Positions 28,764-37,101 of a DNA stretch of 64,000 bases are shown here, piece after piece (within the stretch, counting starts at the first letter, position 1; every line of letters begins with the position of its first letter). The notes beneath the pieces were generated by a model. The model saw only the letters and a list, made by a program, of their open reading frames with translations. It was not told the DNA's origin and made no database searches. A program made the position numbers and the translations under genes. This DNA comes from Candidatus Magasanikbacteria bacterium GW2011_GWC2_37_14. Its GTDB lineage: Bacteria; Patescibacteriota; Patescibacteriia; Magasanikbacterales; UBA922. The DNA is taken from assembly GCA_000990355.1 (NCBI GenBank), contig LBSX01000005.1:4584-68583 (forward strand), in the 5' to 3' direction.

Positions 28764-28985
28764 TTACAGAGTCACCGTGCCTGTACCTCTACAGGTGTGG
28801 CAAGAGTAGATTGGTATATCCCGTTGTCTACCTGTACCACTGCAATCCGAACAAGTGACAAAAGAAATTTCCAAGACTTGATAACCCAGGCTATTGCATC
28901 TTGGACAGTCGTATATCCTTCCGAGATAGTATAAATGACCACTACCATGGCAGGCAGTACACCGTTCTTTCACTCTTTGCAACAT
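28764..28985 (-). CDS. small DnaJ-type zinc finger protein (4x CxxCxGxG-like)
   Basis: CTACHGSG, CPRCNSLG, CSDCSGTG and CHTCRGTG; strong SD aaaggagg before ATG 28985. Confidence 0.75.
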   Translation of the reverse strand: MLQRVKERCTACHGSGHLYYLGRIYDCPRCNSLGYQVLEISFVTCSDCSGTGRQRDIPIYSCHTCRGTGTVTL

Positions 28986-28996
28986 GTTTTCCTCCT

Positions 28997-30109
28997 TTAG
29001 TCGCATTCACCAAATGGGAATGCATTAAGAAATCCCCCTTCATTAAGTTGAGGCACCTCAACTTTTGGGTAGATTTCGTTCACACGACGCAACACTTTGA
29101 TAGTTTTTTCCAAGGTGGTTCCACTCAAACCAAATGGATTGATAATTTCTCGTAACCAAGATTCCAGCATTGGTTGCCGATTAAATTTCTCACTGACCAT
29201 CAATGATGAATCAGTAAAAGAAATTCTATCAGCAATTGAAACCACTTTTTCTACCTGGCGATCGTAACAGACAAAAGCAAATTGGCTCCCTCTTTTTTTC
29301 ATAACCTGACGAATAAGATCATCGAAATTGCTTTCAGTAGTTGGTCCGATTTTTATATTAACACCGAAGACATCATAGAGATAAATTACTTCGGCTAATA
29401 CTAGAATTGAGTACCAGCGTTGGTATTCGGTGTCGTAACGATTATAGTTGGCATAATTTTTGATAGAGATTATTTCCCCATCATTTGCTTCGCTACAGTA
29501 TTGAATAGCTTCTTGCAAAGAGAGTTGATATCTTTCACTAAGCCACAAATCATTAGCATCGATGACAATTGGTTTATTCTTTTGTGGAAAAAGTGACAAA
29601 CTTATGGCTTCCAGATATCGTCCTCTAGTTTTTGAACAAGCCAAGACGGTGTCACTCGTTTGGAACCAGCTAGTCAATCGTAGACAAACTTCCTTTGCTG
29701 TTTGTTTGGTAAATTTAGTGGCAGGAACTTCACGATTTTGATTAACTACCGCATAGGGTGAGGCATTCAAGACAAGACCGCGCCAGCCAGTCCTTTTTAT
29801 GTAGCCAAAGAAGTCCAAGAGAGCAAGGTTTTCCCCTAACTGAGCCACATAAGGGTTGTAACTAACGCCTTTGTAGGGTAATAGTTGAACCTTACTGTCC
29901 AGTAGGTCAAGAAAATCACTCACATAGGGAATCACAATTTGTTGGATTTCCAAATCTCTTTGCAAAACTAAACCTAAAAGTTCAAGTGCATTATCTATTT
30001 TGCGACAGGTTTGTTGCCAACGTCCAAATGAGATTTTTCCTTGAATAGCATTAGCCACTCTGAGTCCTGGTCGGAGAATCACCGACATTTTTTGGTAGGT
30101 TGTGTCCAT
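28997..30109 (-). CDS. hypothetical protein, putative class Ic aaRS-like (TyrRS/TrpRS/CDPS-like) Rossmann fold lacking HIGH and KMSKS
   Basis: 370 aa with SD aggag; YKGVSYNP...QLGE, LVLNASPYAVVN, YSILVLAE...KIGPTTE and RISFTDS...VSEKF follow the class Ic motif order by eye. Confidence 0.5.
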   Translation of the reverse strand: MDTTYQKMSVILRPGLRVANAIQGKISFGRWQQTCRKIDNALELLGLVLQRDLEIQQIVIPYVSDFLDLLDSKVQLLPYKGVSYNPYVAQLGENLALLDFFGYIKRTGWRGLVLNASPYAVVNQNREVPATKFTKQTAKEVCLRLTSWFQTSDTVLACSKTRGRYLEAISLSLFPQKNKPIVIDANDLWLSERYQLSLQEAIQYCSEANDGEIISIKNYANYNRYDTEYQRWYSILVLAEVIYLYDVFGVNIKIGPTTESNFDDLIRQVMKKRGSQFAFVCYDRQVEKVVSIADRISFTDSSLMVSEKFNRQPMLESWLREIINPFGLSGTTLEKTIKVLRRVNEIYPKVEVPQLNEGGFLNAFPFGECD

Positions 30110-30147
30110 GTGTTTGTCTCCTCTTAAGTTGTAAAAGAACATCGCAA

Positions 30148-30178
30148 ACAAAAAATCACCGACTTGGTGATTTTTTGT
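30148..30178 (-). terminator. leader terminator upstream of the 30109 CDS
   Basis: minus strand acaaaaaatcacc-aagtc-ggtgattttttgttt. Confidence 0.75.
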
Positions 30179-30208
30179 CCAAAATAGCAAAACAACAAAG
30201 TTAGTTGG

Positions 30209-30262
30209 CTACTTTGGACATATTTTGTGGTGGTTTAATTTTTGAGTGGTTTTTTGTTTCAT
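30209..30262 (-). CDS. putative 17-aa leader peptide MKQKTTQKLNHHKICPK
   Basis: Short ORF between the promoter at 30285-30313 and the terminator at 30148-30178; its 3' end forms a 13-bp stem with 30176-30188. Confidence 0.5.
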   Translation of the reverse strand: MKQKTTQKLNHHKICPK

Positions 30263-30284
30263 ATTCTTGTATCACTGTATTACT

Positions 30285-30313
30285 ACATTAACACAAGAAA
30301 AAATTGTTGTCAA
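30285..30313 (-). promoter_or_regulatory. sigma70 promoter TTGACA-N17-TAATGT
   Basis: Consensus -35, 17-bp spacer and TG extension. Confidence 0.65.
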
Positions 30314-30349
30314 ATAGGGGTGTGGATAAAAAGGTTGTTTTTTCACGTG

Positions 30350-30377
30350 GTAGAGACGCAAAATTTTGCGTCTCTAC
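30350..30377. repeat. GTAG-type REP, copy 1
   Basis: 28-bp perfect palindrome gtagagacgcaaaattttgcgtctctac, 12 bp downstream of the RAYT stop. Confidence 0.95.
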
Positions 30378-30389
30378 AGTGAAACGTTA

Positions 30390-30956
30390 TTATACCAACA
30401 ATCCCTCAGGATTATTTCTATCACGGTCCCACATTGAGGGATTATTGAAAATATATTGTTGAATATTGTGTAGCGAAATTTCGTCACGAATGATGTGGTC
30501 GTAAAATCGTGCTTGCCAGATGAATGAGACGTTGTTTGTTGTAGCCCATTTTGATACACCAATTTTAAATCCGCGAATAATTGATGATAAATTTTTGGAT
30601 TGTGGGCCAAATTTATTGTGGTAAAGTTTGTCGTTGTCGTGTAGAGACGCAAAATTTTGCGTCTCTACAATTGGCGGATTGTTGTTAATTATAATAATTC
30701 CATGTACATGATTTGGCATTATCACAAATTCGTCTAATGTTACAAACGGAAAATGTTTTGGTATTTCCAACCAATATTTTGTGGCCATTTTTCCAATATC
30801 ATTCAAAACAATTTCATCACCAACTATTTCACCAAAATAACAGAATTTATTTTTGGTGCAAATAGTTATAAAATAATAACCCGTTTGGCTATAGTCATAT
30901 CCAGCCAAACGGGTTGAAGGTATTAAAAATTTATTTCTAAATAAATTGTCGGTCAT
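30390..30956 (-). mobile_element. REP-associated tyrosine transposase (RAYT/TnpA-REP, IS200-like HUH)
   Basis: RLAGYDYS..GYYFITICT, MPNHVHGII (HUH), WQARFYDHIIR and YIFNNP catalytic Tyr; associated GTAG REPs. Confidence 0.92.
30641..30668. repeat. GTAG-type REP, copy 2, in frame inside the RAYT gene
   Basis: Identical 28-mer; encodes VETQNFASL. Confidence 0.95.
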
Positions 30957-31234
30957 TTTCTCAAATTTTCCAAAGCTTTTTTGTAGCCATCTTCGCCATG
31001 TTCTAGCCAGTGAGCGATGCGGGTAATGGTTGTGGTAGAGAGTTTAGTAATCTTGGCAACTTCGCGATAAGTCTTGCCTTGGTTTAAAAGTAATACGGCT
31101 TGCCAACGATTAGACATTTCTTCCAATTCATCCAAGGTACAAAGATCGCGCAAAAAATTGGCAATGTCGTGTGGCGTTTTTAACACCGAAAAAGCTTTGG
31201 CTAGGTTTTTAAGTTTTTCATTTTTCCAATTCAT
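30953..31234 (-). CDS. YerC/YecD TrpR-related protein
   Basis: FLRDLCTLDEL..M..RW, TYREVA...STTTITRIA..L..GEDGY. Confidence 0.88.
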   Translation of the reverse strand: MNWKNEKLKNLAKAFSVLKTPHDIANFLRDLCTLDELEEMSNRWQAVLLLNQGKTYREVAKITKLSTTTITRIAHWLEHGEDGYKKALENLRK

Positions 31235-32522
31235 AATTTTTGGTAATTAAAAGTAAAGCTGGTAAAAGCCAAAAAAGTATTGCCAGGTCGTTTTTGATAT
31301 ATGGAGAGTCGACCAAGCCCATCACGAGAATAATTATCATTGAAGAGATAAGGTAAATTGTTACATTGTTACATTGTTGCACTGTTTCACTGTTATCTGT
31401 TATCTGATATTTGATATTTGACATTACTGTTTTGAAAAACCAAAATATAATTAAAAGAAAACTTACTAATCCCAATAATCCCAAATTTACATACATTGTG
31501 AGGAATATATTATGTGGATGATGAAAAATTTCAATATTTTCACCATTTACTTGGCTGTGGTAAGGAACAATTTTTTGTGAATAACTAGTCAAGCCTGCAC
31601 CAGCCAAAGGATGATCTTTTAAAAAGTTTAGGGTGTCTTGCCACATTACTAAGCGGATTTGTCCGGAGCGATCGCCAAAAAATATTTCTTGTTTAATCTT
31701 TGAGAGGCTTGCAAGGCTGACAAGGCTTACGATGCCAACAATGCCAATGATAATAATTGGCCAACGAGTTTTTTTGTAGACTAGTAATAAAAAACCACTT
31801 CCAGCTAGAACCCCAAGCAAGGGGCCAGTGCCTTTGGAAAAAATTATTGCCGACAGATAGCAGATAGCAGATAACAGATAGCTAGTGATTAGTAACCAAT
31901 TTTTTTGTTTTAATTTTTGCCATTCTTGAATAATAAAATATATAATAAAAGGAACAATCGGCGCCAAAAATAGCCCTACTCCATTGGGAAAGCCATACCA
32001 AGCTGTAACACGAAAAGTATTGTGGTTTTGCCAAAAAGCATAGGGCACTTGCCAACCAGTAAAGTGTTGGTAAATAGAGAGAAGGGCTGTAACTAATCCA
32101 GAAACAATTAAGGCGTAAATTATTTTGTGGGGAATTTTTTTAAAAGTAGTAATTAAAATAATAAAAATTAAAATTGGCTCGACATAAAATGCTTTCCATT
32201 CTCCCAAGGCAGCTCGAAGATTGCTAGAAGTAAAAATTGAAATTGTGGCAGAAATTAGAAATAAAGTAATTCCTGCAAATAAAATCTTATTTTGGTTTAT
32301 GTTATCTGCTATTTGATATTTGCTTTTTGATTTAATTAACCAAACTATAAGAATAATCCAAAACATTATTTCTAATAATGTGGTTGGTAATGATCCTAAA
32401 TTTAAGCGAATTAAGTAAGTAGGTAATAATAAAAAAAATAAAAATAAGCCATTGGTAAAATTTTTCCAAGTAAGGAAAGTAAATAATATTGAATAAACAA
32501 TTAATACTGAGTAAAATAACAT
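31218..32522 (-). CDS. O-antigen ligase family membrane protein
   Basis: Multiple TMs, R..MW...HPLAGAG and HPHNIFL (Wzy_C motif). Confidence 0.88.
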   Translation of the reverse strand: MLFYSVLIVYSILFTFLTWKNFTNGLFLFFLLLPTYLIRLNLGSLPTTLLEIMFWIILIVWLIKSKSKYQIADNINQNKILFAGITLFLISATISIFTSSNLRAALGEWKAFYVEPILIFIILITTFKKIPHKIIYALIVSGLVTALLSIYQHFTGWQVPYAFWQNHNTFRVTAWYGFPNGVGLFLAPIVPFIIYFIIQEWQKLKQKNWLLITSYLLSAICYLSAIIFSKGTGPLLGVLAGSGFLLLVYKKTRWPIIIIGIVGIVSLVSLASLSKIKQEIFFGDRSGQIRLVMWQDTLNFLKDHPLAGAGLTSYSQKIVPYHSQVNGENIEIFHHPHNIFLTMYVNLGLLGLVSFLLIIFWFFKTVMSNIKYQITDNSETVQQCNNVTIYLISSMIIILVMGLVDSPYIKNDLAILFWLLPALLLITKNYELEK

Positions 32523-32524
32523 AA

Positions 32525-33943
32525 TTATTTTTGTTTGATTGCAAGAATTTCCTTTAGTGTTTCTTGAGAAATTGCTTTGGTGACTAGTAATACTAGGCCG
32601 TAAACCAAAACACCAATTATAACCAACAAAATTACATTAAGTTTTATTAAATAATTTAAAGCAAAACCCATTAACACTCCAGCTAATAAAATTTTTCCAA
32701 AAGTTAAAGTTTGAATTTTTTCTTTGGTGTAATGTTTTATAACTATTAACAATAATATTCCAGCATAAAATTCGGAAAAAACGGTCATCCAAGCGGCACC
32801 GTACATGCCAAATTTGGGAATAAAATACAAATATCCTGCCAAAGTAAGCACCGCATCGCTAACATAAATCCAGATAGTTTGTTTTTGTTTGTTAATAGCT
32901 ACAGCAGTATGCCCAAAGATGGATCCTAAAAATACCCCAAATACCGCTAGAGCTAGTATTTTTAAAGGAGCACCGGCATTGTATTCTGGTGCTACCAGAT
33001 TCATTATTTTGTCTGCCAAAATTATTGTGCCAATAGTTAAGGGCACAGCAAAAAGCATCATGCCATCAAAGGCTTGCTGATAAAATTTGCGGAATTCTGT
33101 TTTTAAACTTCTTGACCAGTAATAAGATAAAAGTGGTAACATTACTCCCATAAGCATCATGGCCGTTTGTGCCAAAATATCAATTACGCGGTAAGCTGCC
33201 CCGTAAATACCCACCTCTTGTTGGCTTTTAAATAAGGAAAGTAACACTGTGTCTCCACGTAAATAGACAACATTAAAGATAATGGAAATAGCCACTGGCC
33301 ACATTTTTTTGATGATTGATTTCCAAATGTTCCAATCAAAAGCCGGGCTAATAGCCGTAAATTTTCTAGCCGAAAACCACATGCAAATGGTGTAGATTAA
33401 ACTATTTAAAACTACCACCCACATTACAGTTAAAAAGCTGGCTTGATTTTTAATACAAAGCCACAGGCCAATAGTAAAAATAATTCGGCCAATATTTTCA
33501 CCAATCGCTGATAAATGCATTTGTAATTTATTTTGGTAAAGGCCAATAAATACTTGGTTCATGGCCACACTTAAAAAAGTGAGTGTGGAGATGACAATAG
33601 CAATTTTTACTTGTGGTGGGTAAGGAAAAAACAAAGCTAAAAGTGGTGCTAATCCTAAAAAAATAATCGCACTAGTTAATCTAAAACCAATTAGATTTCT
33701 AAATAATTTGTTTTTATCATGTTCGGGCTCGCTAAGCATTTGAGCAGTAACGGGAATTAAACCAAAATCTATTAAAATTCCTATAAATTGCAAAAAAGAC
33801 ATGGTGGTAATGTACCAGCCAAATTTTTCTGGGCCTAAATAGCGTGTCATTAATCCTAGACCCAAAAGACCCAAGGCAGTGGAAGTTATTTTGCCAATGA
33901 TTTGTACAGAAGTATTTTTTACAATTGCACGAGTAGTAGACAT
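32525..33943 (-). CDS. polysaccharide flippase (Wzx/MATE-like)
   Basis: About 12-14 TMs; RYLGPEKFG, D.VLLS....EVGIYGAAYR and IPKFGMYGAAW. Confidence 0.9.
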   Translation of the reverse strand: MSTTRAIVKNTSVQIIGKITSTALGLLGLGLMTRYLGPEKFGWYITTMSFLQFIGILIDFGLIPVTAQMLSEPEHDKNKLFRNLIGFRLTSAIIFLGLAPLLALFFPYPPQVKIAIVISTLTFLSVAMNQVFIGLYQNKLQMHLSAIGENIGRIIFTIGLWLCIKNQASFLTVMWVVVLNSLIYTICMWFSARKFTAISPAFDWNIWKSIIKKMWPVAISIIFNVVYLRGDTVLLSLFKSQQEVGIYGAAYRVIDILAQTAMMLMGVMLPLLSYYWSRSLKTEFRKFYQQAFDGMMLFAVPLTIGTIILADKIMNLVAPEYNAGAPLKILALAVFGVFLGSIFGHTAVAINKQKQTIWIYVSDAVLTLAGYLYFIPKFGMYGAAWMTVFSEFYAGILLLIVIKHYTKEKIQTLTFGKILLAGVLMGFALNYLIKLNVILLVIIGVLVYGLVLLVTKAISQETLKEILAIKQK

Positions 33944-34039
33944 ATTATATTGTTGATTATGTGGATATCTTATCATTTTTTGGCTTAGGTATCAACTATT
34001 TTTTGGATAGTATTTTTTGTGCTATAATACTCTATACCT

Positions 34040-35854
34040 ATGAAAAAAATATTCTTTTTAAGCTTAATTTTATCTTTATTTACAATTGGCTCAGTTTTGG
34101 CAGCCGAGCCCACAGTAAAAGTCAAGGATAACGCTTATAGCGCTAAATTTGTTTCACAAAACGAGGCTGACCCGATTGTTATTGAAGCTGGGGCAACTAA
34201 GAATATTGTAATTAAATTTAAAAATGTTGGTTCAATAAATTGGGATGGTTCTAAAAGTCATTTTATCTCGGCTTATACAATGGAACCACGAGAAAGAAAA
34301 TCAGTATTTTTTACTTCGAATTGGCTAAGTAGTAATCAAACTGGGAAAATTGGTGGAGTGGTTAAGCCCGGGCAGACCGGTGAATTAAGTATTAATTTAA
34401 AAGCTCCAGAGAAAATTGGTGAATATATAGAAAAATTTTATTTGGCGGCCGAGAATTATTCTTGGGTACAGAATGGTTATTTTTTTCTAAAAATTAAAGT
34501 TGTGCCAGCTAAAATTTTGGTTAAAAAGGATTCCGAAGCAGTTGTAACAACCACTCCTAGTAATTCGGCTACTGGTTATGCAATTAATAAACAAATTTGG
34601 ACTAAAAAAACTGCTAGTGGAGTAGGTGGGGAGGTAATAAAAGTGGTAATGGCTTGGCAAAATAAAGGTAAAAATACTTGGGCAAAATATCAGCTTACTG
34701 GTTCGTCAAATATTTATGATAGTTCGTGGGCAAATAAAGATACAATATTAAGTGAGAATCAAGAAGTGCTTGCAGAAAATTTTTTGAGAAAAGAATTTTA
34801 TTTTAAATTACCTAACAAACAAGGTGAGTACGTGGCAGAGTTTGTTTTAAATATTGATGAAGGAAAAATTAAAGAAACAATGTTGGTGCCACTTACTGTT
34901 ACTGCTGATGGGACAGAAGTACAGACTGGTGAAATAGAAAATTCGGTAATTAATAATTCAGGAAATCAAGTAATAAATAGTTTGCGTTTGGGGGAAGAAC
35001 CTAGAATGAGAGTTGGTTTGGTTGCTCCTGAAAGTAATTTTATTCAATTTCGTTCTTATGAAGATGATTACAAAGTTTTGAGTGGGGGAGAAGAAAAGGG
35101 AATTTTGCCAACAAGAAAATTTGCGGTGATTAAATATGAGGATGGTAAATATAATTTTAAAGGTGGCGATTTGGAATTTATTTCTACCAATTATATTCGT
35201 TTGGAACCGGTGAATAACCCTAGAGCAGTTTTTTCGGTGCCAAATTTAATAAGAACGGCAAAATGGGTCGGTCCAGGGGTTGATTTTGACACTTATCGTG
35301 GGGCAATGGAGTATCGCCGAGGTGAAGTTGATAAAAAATTATATGTGGTAAATGATTTGCTCTTGGAAGATTATGTACGAGGTATGGCCGAAAACAGTCT
35401 GTCGGCTTCACAAGAATTTTTGAAGGCTAATTTAATTGCTGCCCGCACGTATGCTTATGTTAGCCGTGGTAAGTATCCTTTTTTTGATGTAGTAGGCAAT
35501 ACTTATGATCAGTTATATCTAGGTGTTAATGCCGAAAAGATTTTAACCAATGTGCAAGAGGCAACCACAGCCAGCCAAGGAATGATGGTAACTTATGATG
35601 GCGAAGTAGTAGTAACACCGTATTTTGGCAATAGTAGTGGTACAACCAAGAGTTGGAAAAGTGCTTGGGGCGGGAGTAATAAACCTTGGCTAGTGCCAGT
35701 AATCTGCGAATATGACAAGGGTAAACGAATGAATGGTCATGGTGTGGGTATGAGTCAACTAGATGCTTATAATCGTGCTAAAACCGAAGGTATAAATTTT
35801 GTGGAATTATTAAAACATTATTATACTGGTGTAGAAATAGAAAAACTTTATTAA
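34040..35854 (+). CDS. secreted SpoIID/LytB domain protein with N-terminal Ig-like domains
   Basis: Signal peptide, FKNVGSINW Ig-like motif, LEDYVRGMAE, AARTYA, DQLYLG, GHGVGMSQ and LKHYYTG. Confidence 0.88.
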   Translation: MKKIFFLSLILSLFTIGSVLAAEPTVKVKDNAYSAKFVSQNEADPIVIEAGATKNIVIKFKNVGSINWDGSKSHFISAYTMEPRERKSVFFTSNWLSSNQTGKIGGVVKPGQTGELSINLKAPEKIGEYIEKFYLAAENYSWVQNGYFFLKIKVVPAKILVKKDSEAVVTTTPSNSATGYAINKQIWTKKTASGVGGEVIKVVMAWQNKGKNTWAKYQLTGSSNIYDSSWANKDTILSENQEVLAENFLRKEFYFKLPNKQGEYVAEFVLNIDEGKIKETMLVPLTVTADGTEVQTGEIENSVINNSGNQVINSLRLGEEPRMRVGLVAPESNFIQFRSYEDDYKVLSGGEEKGILPTRKFAVIKYEDGKYNFKGGDLEFISTNYIRLEPVNNPRAVFSVPNLIRTAKWVGPGVDFDTYRGAMEYRRGEVDKKLYVVNDLLLEDYVRGMAENSLSASQEFLKANLIAARTYAYVSRGKYPFFDVVGNTYDQLYLGVNAEKILTNVQEATTASQGMMVTYDGEVVVTPYFGNSSGTTKSWKSAWGGSNKPWLVPVICEYDKGKRMNGHGVGMSQLDAYNRAKTEGINFVELLKHYYTGVEIEKLY

Positions 35855-35856
35855 AT

Positions 35857-35886
35857 AAAAAATCCTGATTAAAATCAGGATTTTTT
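35857..35886. terminator. bidirectional terminator
   Basis: aaaaaatcctgatt-aa-aatcaggatttttt between convergent genes, overlapping the stop at 35875. Confidence 0.7.
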
Positions 35887-37101
35887 AAATCTATAAATTT
35901 CTCGACCCAGATGTTGATTTGGTCGATGGTAGAGTAGAGACGCAAAATTTTGCGTCTCTACTCTAAATGGCATAATTTCAAAACCAATTTTTTTCAAATC
36001 TTTTTCCCAATTTATCGCTAACCAATCATTACCAATTTTAAATTTAGGGATAGCAATTACTATTACACCTTGTGGTTCCAGAATTTTGTAAAATTCTTGG
36101 CAAGCTTTTAAATAAAGACTTTTTAATTCAGTTAATTGTTTTTCTAATTGGTTTTTGTTTTCACGACCAGTTAAGGGTTTGCCCAGATAAGTCTCAGTAA
36201 CAATTAAAGTAACAGAATTGTTTTTTATTTTTTTAGTTAATTGAGTGGCGTCACTAATAATAAATTGGCAACCAATATTTTTAAGATTATATTTTTCTTT
36301 TAACCAAAGGAAATTTTTTTCACTGTCAACAACGGCTTTTTCCGAAATGTCAGCAGCAATTAAATTATTAAAATTCATGAGAGTGGCTTCATTTAATATT
36401 GTACCCGAGCCACAAAATGGGTCCAAGAGAATTTTGTTTTTAATCACCCCGGCGCCCTCGGCAACTCCCCCCGCCTGCCTTGACGGCATGTCGGGCAGGC
36501 CTGCCCCCTCTTGGTAAAAGGGGGATAAAGCGAGATTAATCATTATCTTGGCAAGCTTGGGCGGTAGCATGCCAGACAAGTCATCACTGTCTGGTCTTTG
36601 GTAGTCACGTTCAGCCATTTCTTCAAATGGCTGTAGAGCGGTCGTAACAAAAATTTGCTTATTGATTACTGTTAAATCCGATTTTTTCTCTACTAATTTG
36701 TTGTAAAGAATAGTAGCGGTATTTTTTGGCTCAATGTAGCGTACAGAATAACCGTTGGTTTTTAAAGCTTTTTTAAGTTCCAAAGCTAGTCTTTGATCAT
36801 TTAAAGAATATTCAATTTTACCAGTAGGGCAATTAGTTATTAAGTATTCTTGTAGGTGAGTTAACAACCCCCCTTCGCCCCCCTTTATTAAGGGGGGAAT
36901 TTCGGTAGCAATTTTTATAGTGCCACCCAGCTGTTTGATTAATTTTGCTGAATCTAGTTTTTTGTTGGTTTCAATTAATAAATATTGGTTGGAATTTTGT
37001 TTTAGGGTTTTAATATTTTTAAGTTTTAATGACGAAAAAACCGCCTGGATTTCGGCGGTGGAAATAAGAGGTTGGTGCCCTAATTGAAAAAGGAAATTCA
37101 T
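35875..37101 (-). CDS. TRM11/Trm-G10-like RNA methyltransferase
   Basis: RD..RP....SGMLPPKLAKIMINL, LLDPFCGSGTI and ETYLG; three different palindromic inserts in frame. Confidence 0.82.
   Translation of the reverse strand: MNFLFQLGHQPLISTAEIQAVFSSLKLKNIKTLKQNSNQYLLIETNKKLDSAKLIKQLGGTIKIATEIPPLIKGGEGGLLTHLQEYLITNCPTGKIEYSLNDQRLALELKKALKTNGYSVRYIEPKNTATILYNKLVEKKSDLTVINKQIFVTTALQPFEEMAERDYQRPDSDDLSGMLPPKLAKIMINLALSPFYQEGAGLPDMPSRQAGGVAEGAGVIKNKILLDPFCGSGTILNEATLMNFNNLIAADISEKAVVDSEKNFLWLKEKYNLKNIGCQFIISDATQLTKKIKNNSVTLIVTETYLGKPLTGRENKNQLEKQLTELKSLYLKACQEFYKILEPQGVIVIAIPKFKIGNDWLAINWEKDLKKIGFEIMPFRVETQNFASLLYHRPNQHLGREIYRFKKS
35930..35965. repeat. GTAG-type REP, copy 3, in frame inside a CDS
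   Basis: 36-bp perfect palindrome tagagtagagacgcaaaattttgcgtctctactcta; encodes RVETQNFASLL. Confidence 0.95.
36445..36525. repeat. nested composite palindromic element in frame inside a CDS
   Basis: 36456-36510 matches the reverse complement of 48442-48497 with 1 substitution and 1 indel; encodes SPFYQEGAGLPDMPSRQAGGVAEGAGV. Confidence 0.92.
36863..36900. repeat. C-run/G-run hairpin element in frame inside a CDS
   Basis: Reverse complement attccccccttaataaaggggggcgaaggggggttgtt resembles the intergenic 57626-57661; encodes IPPLIKGGEGGLL. Confidence 0.85.

Noticed and set aside
28764-30956. Prophage, DGR or retron in the accessory block
   Set aside because: No integrase, reverse transcriptase motifs, template/variable repeat pair or phage structural genes are visible.
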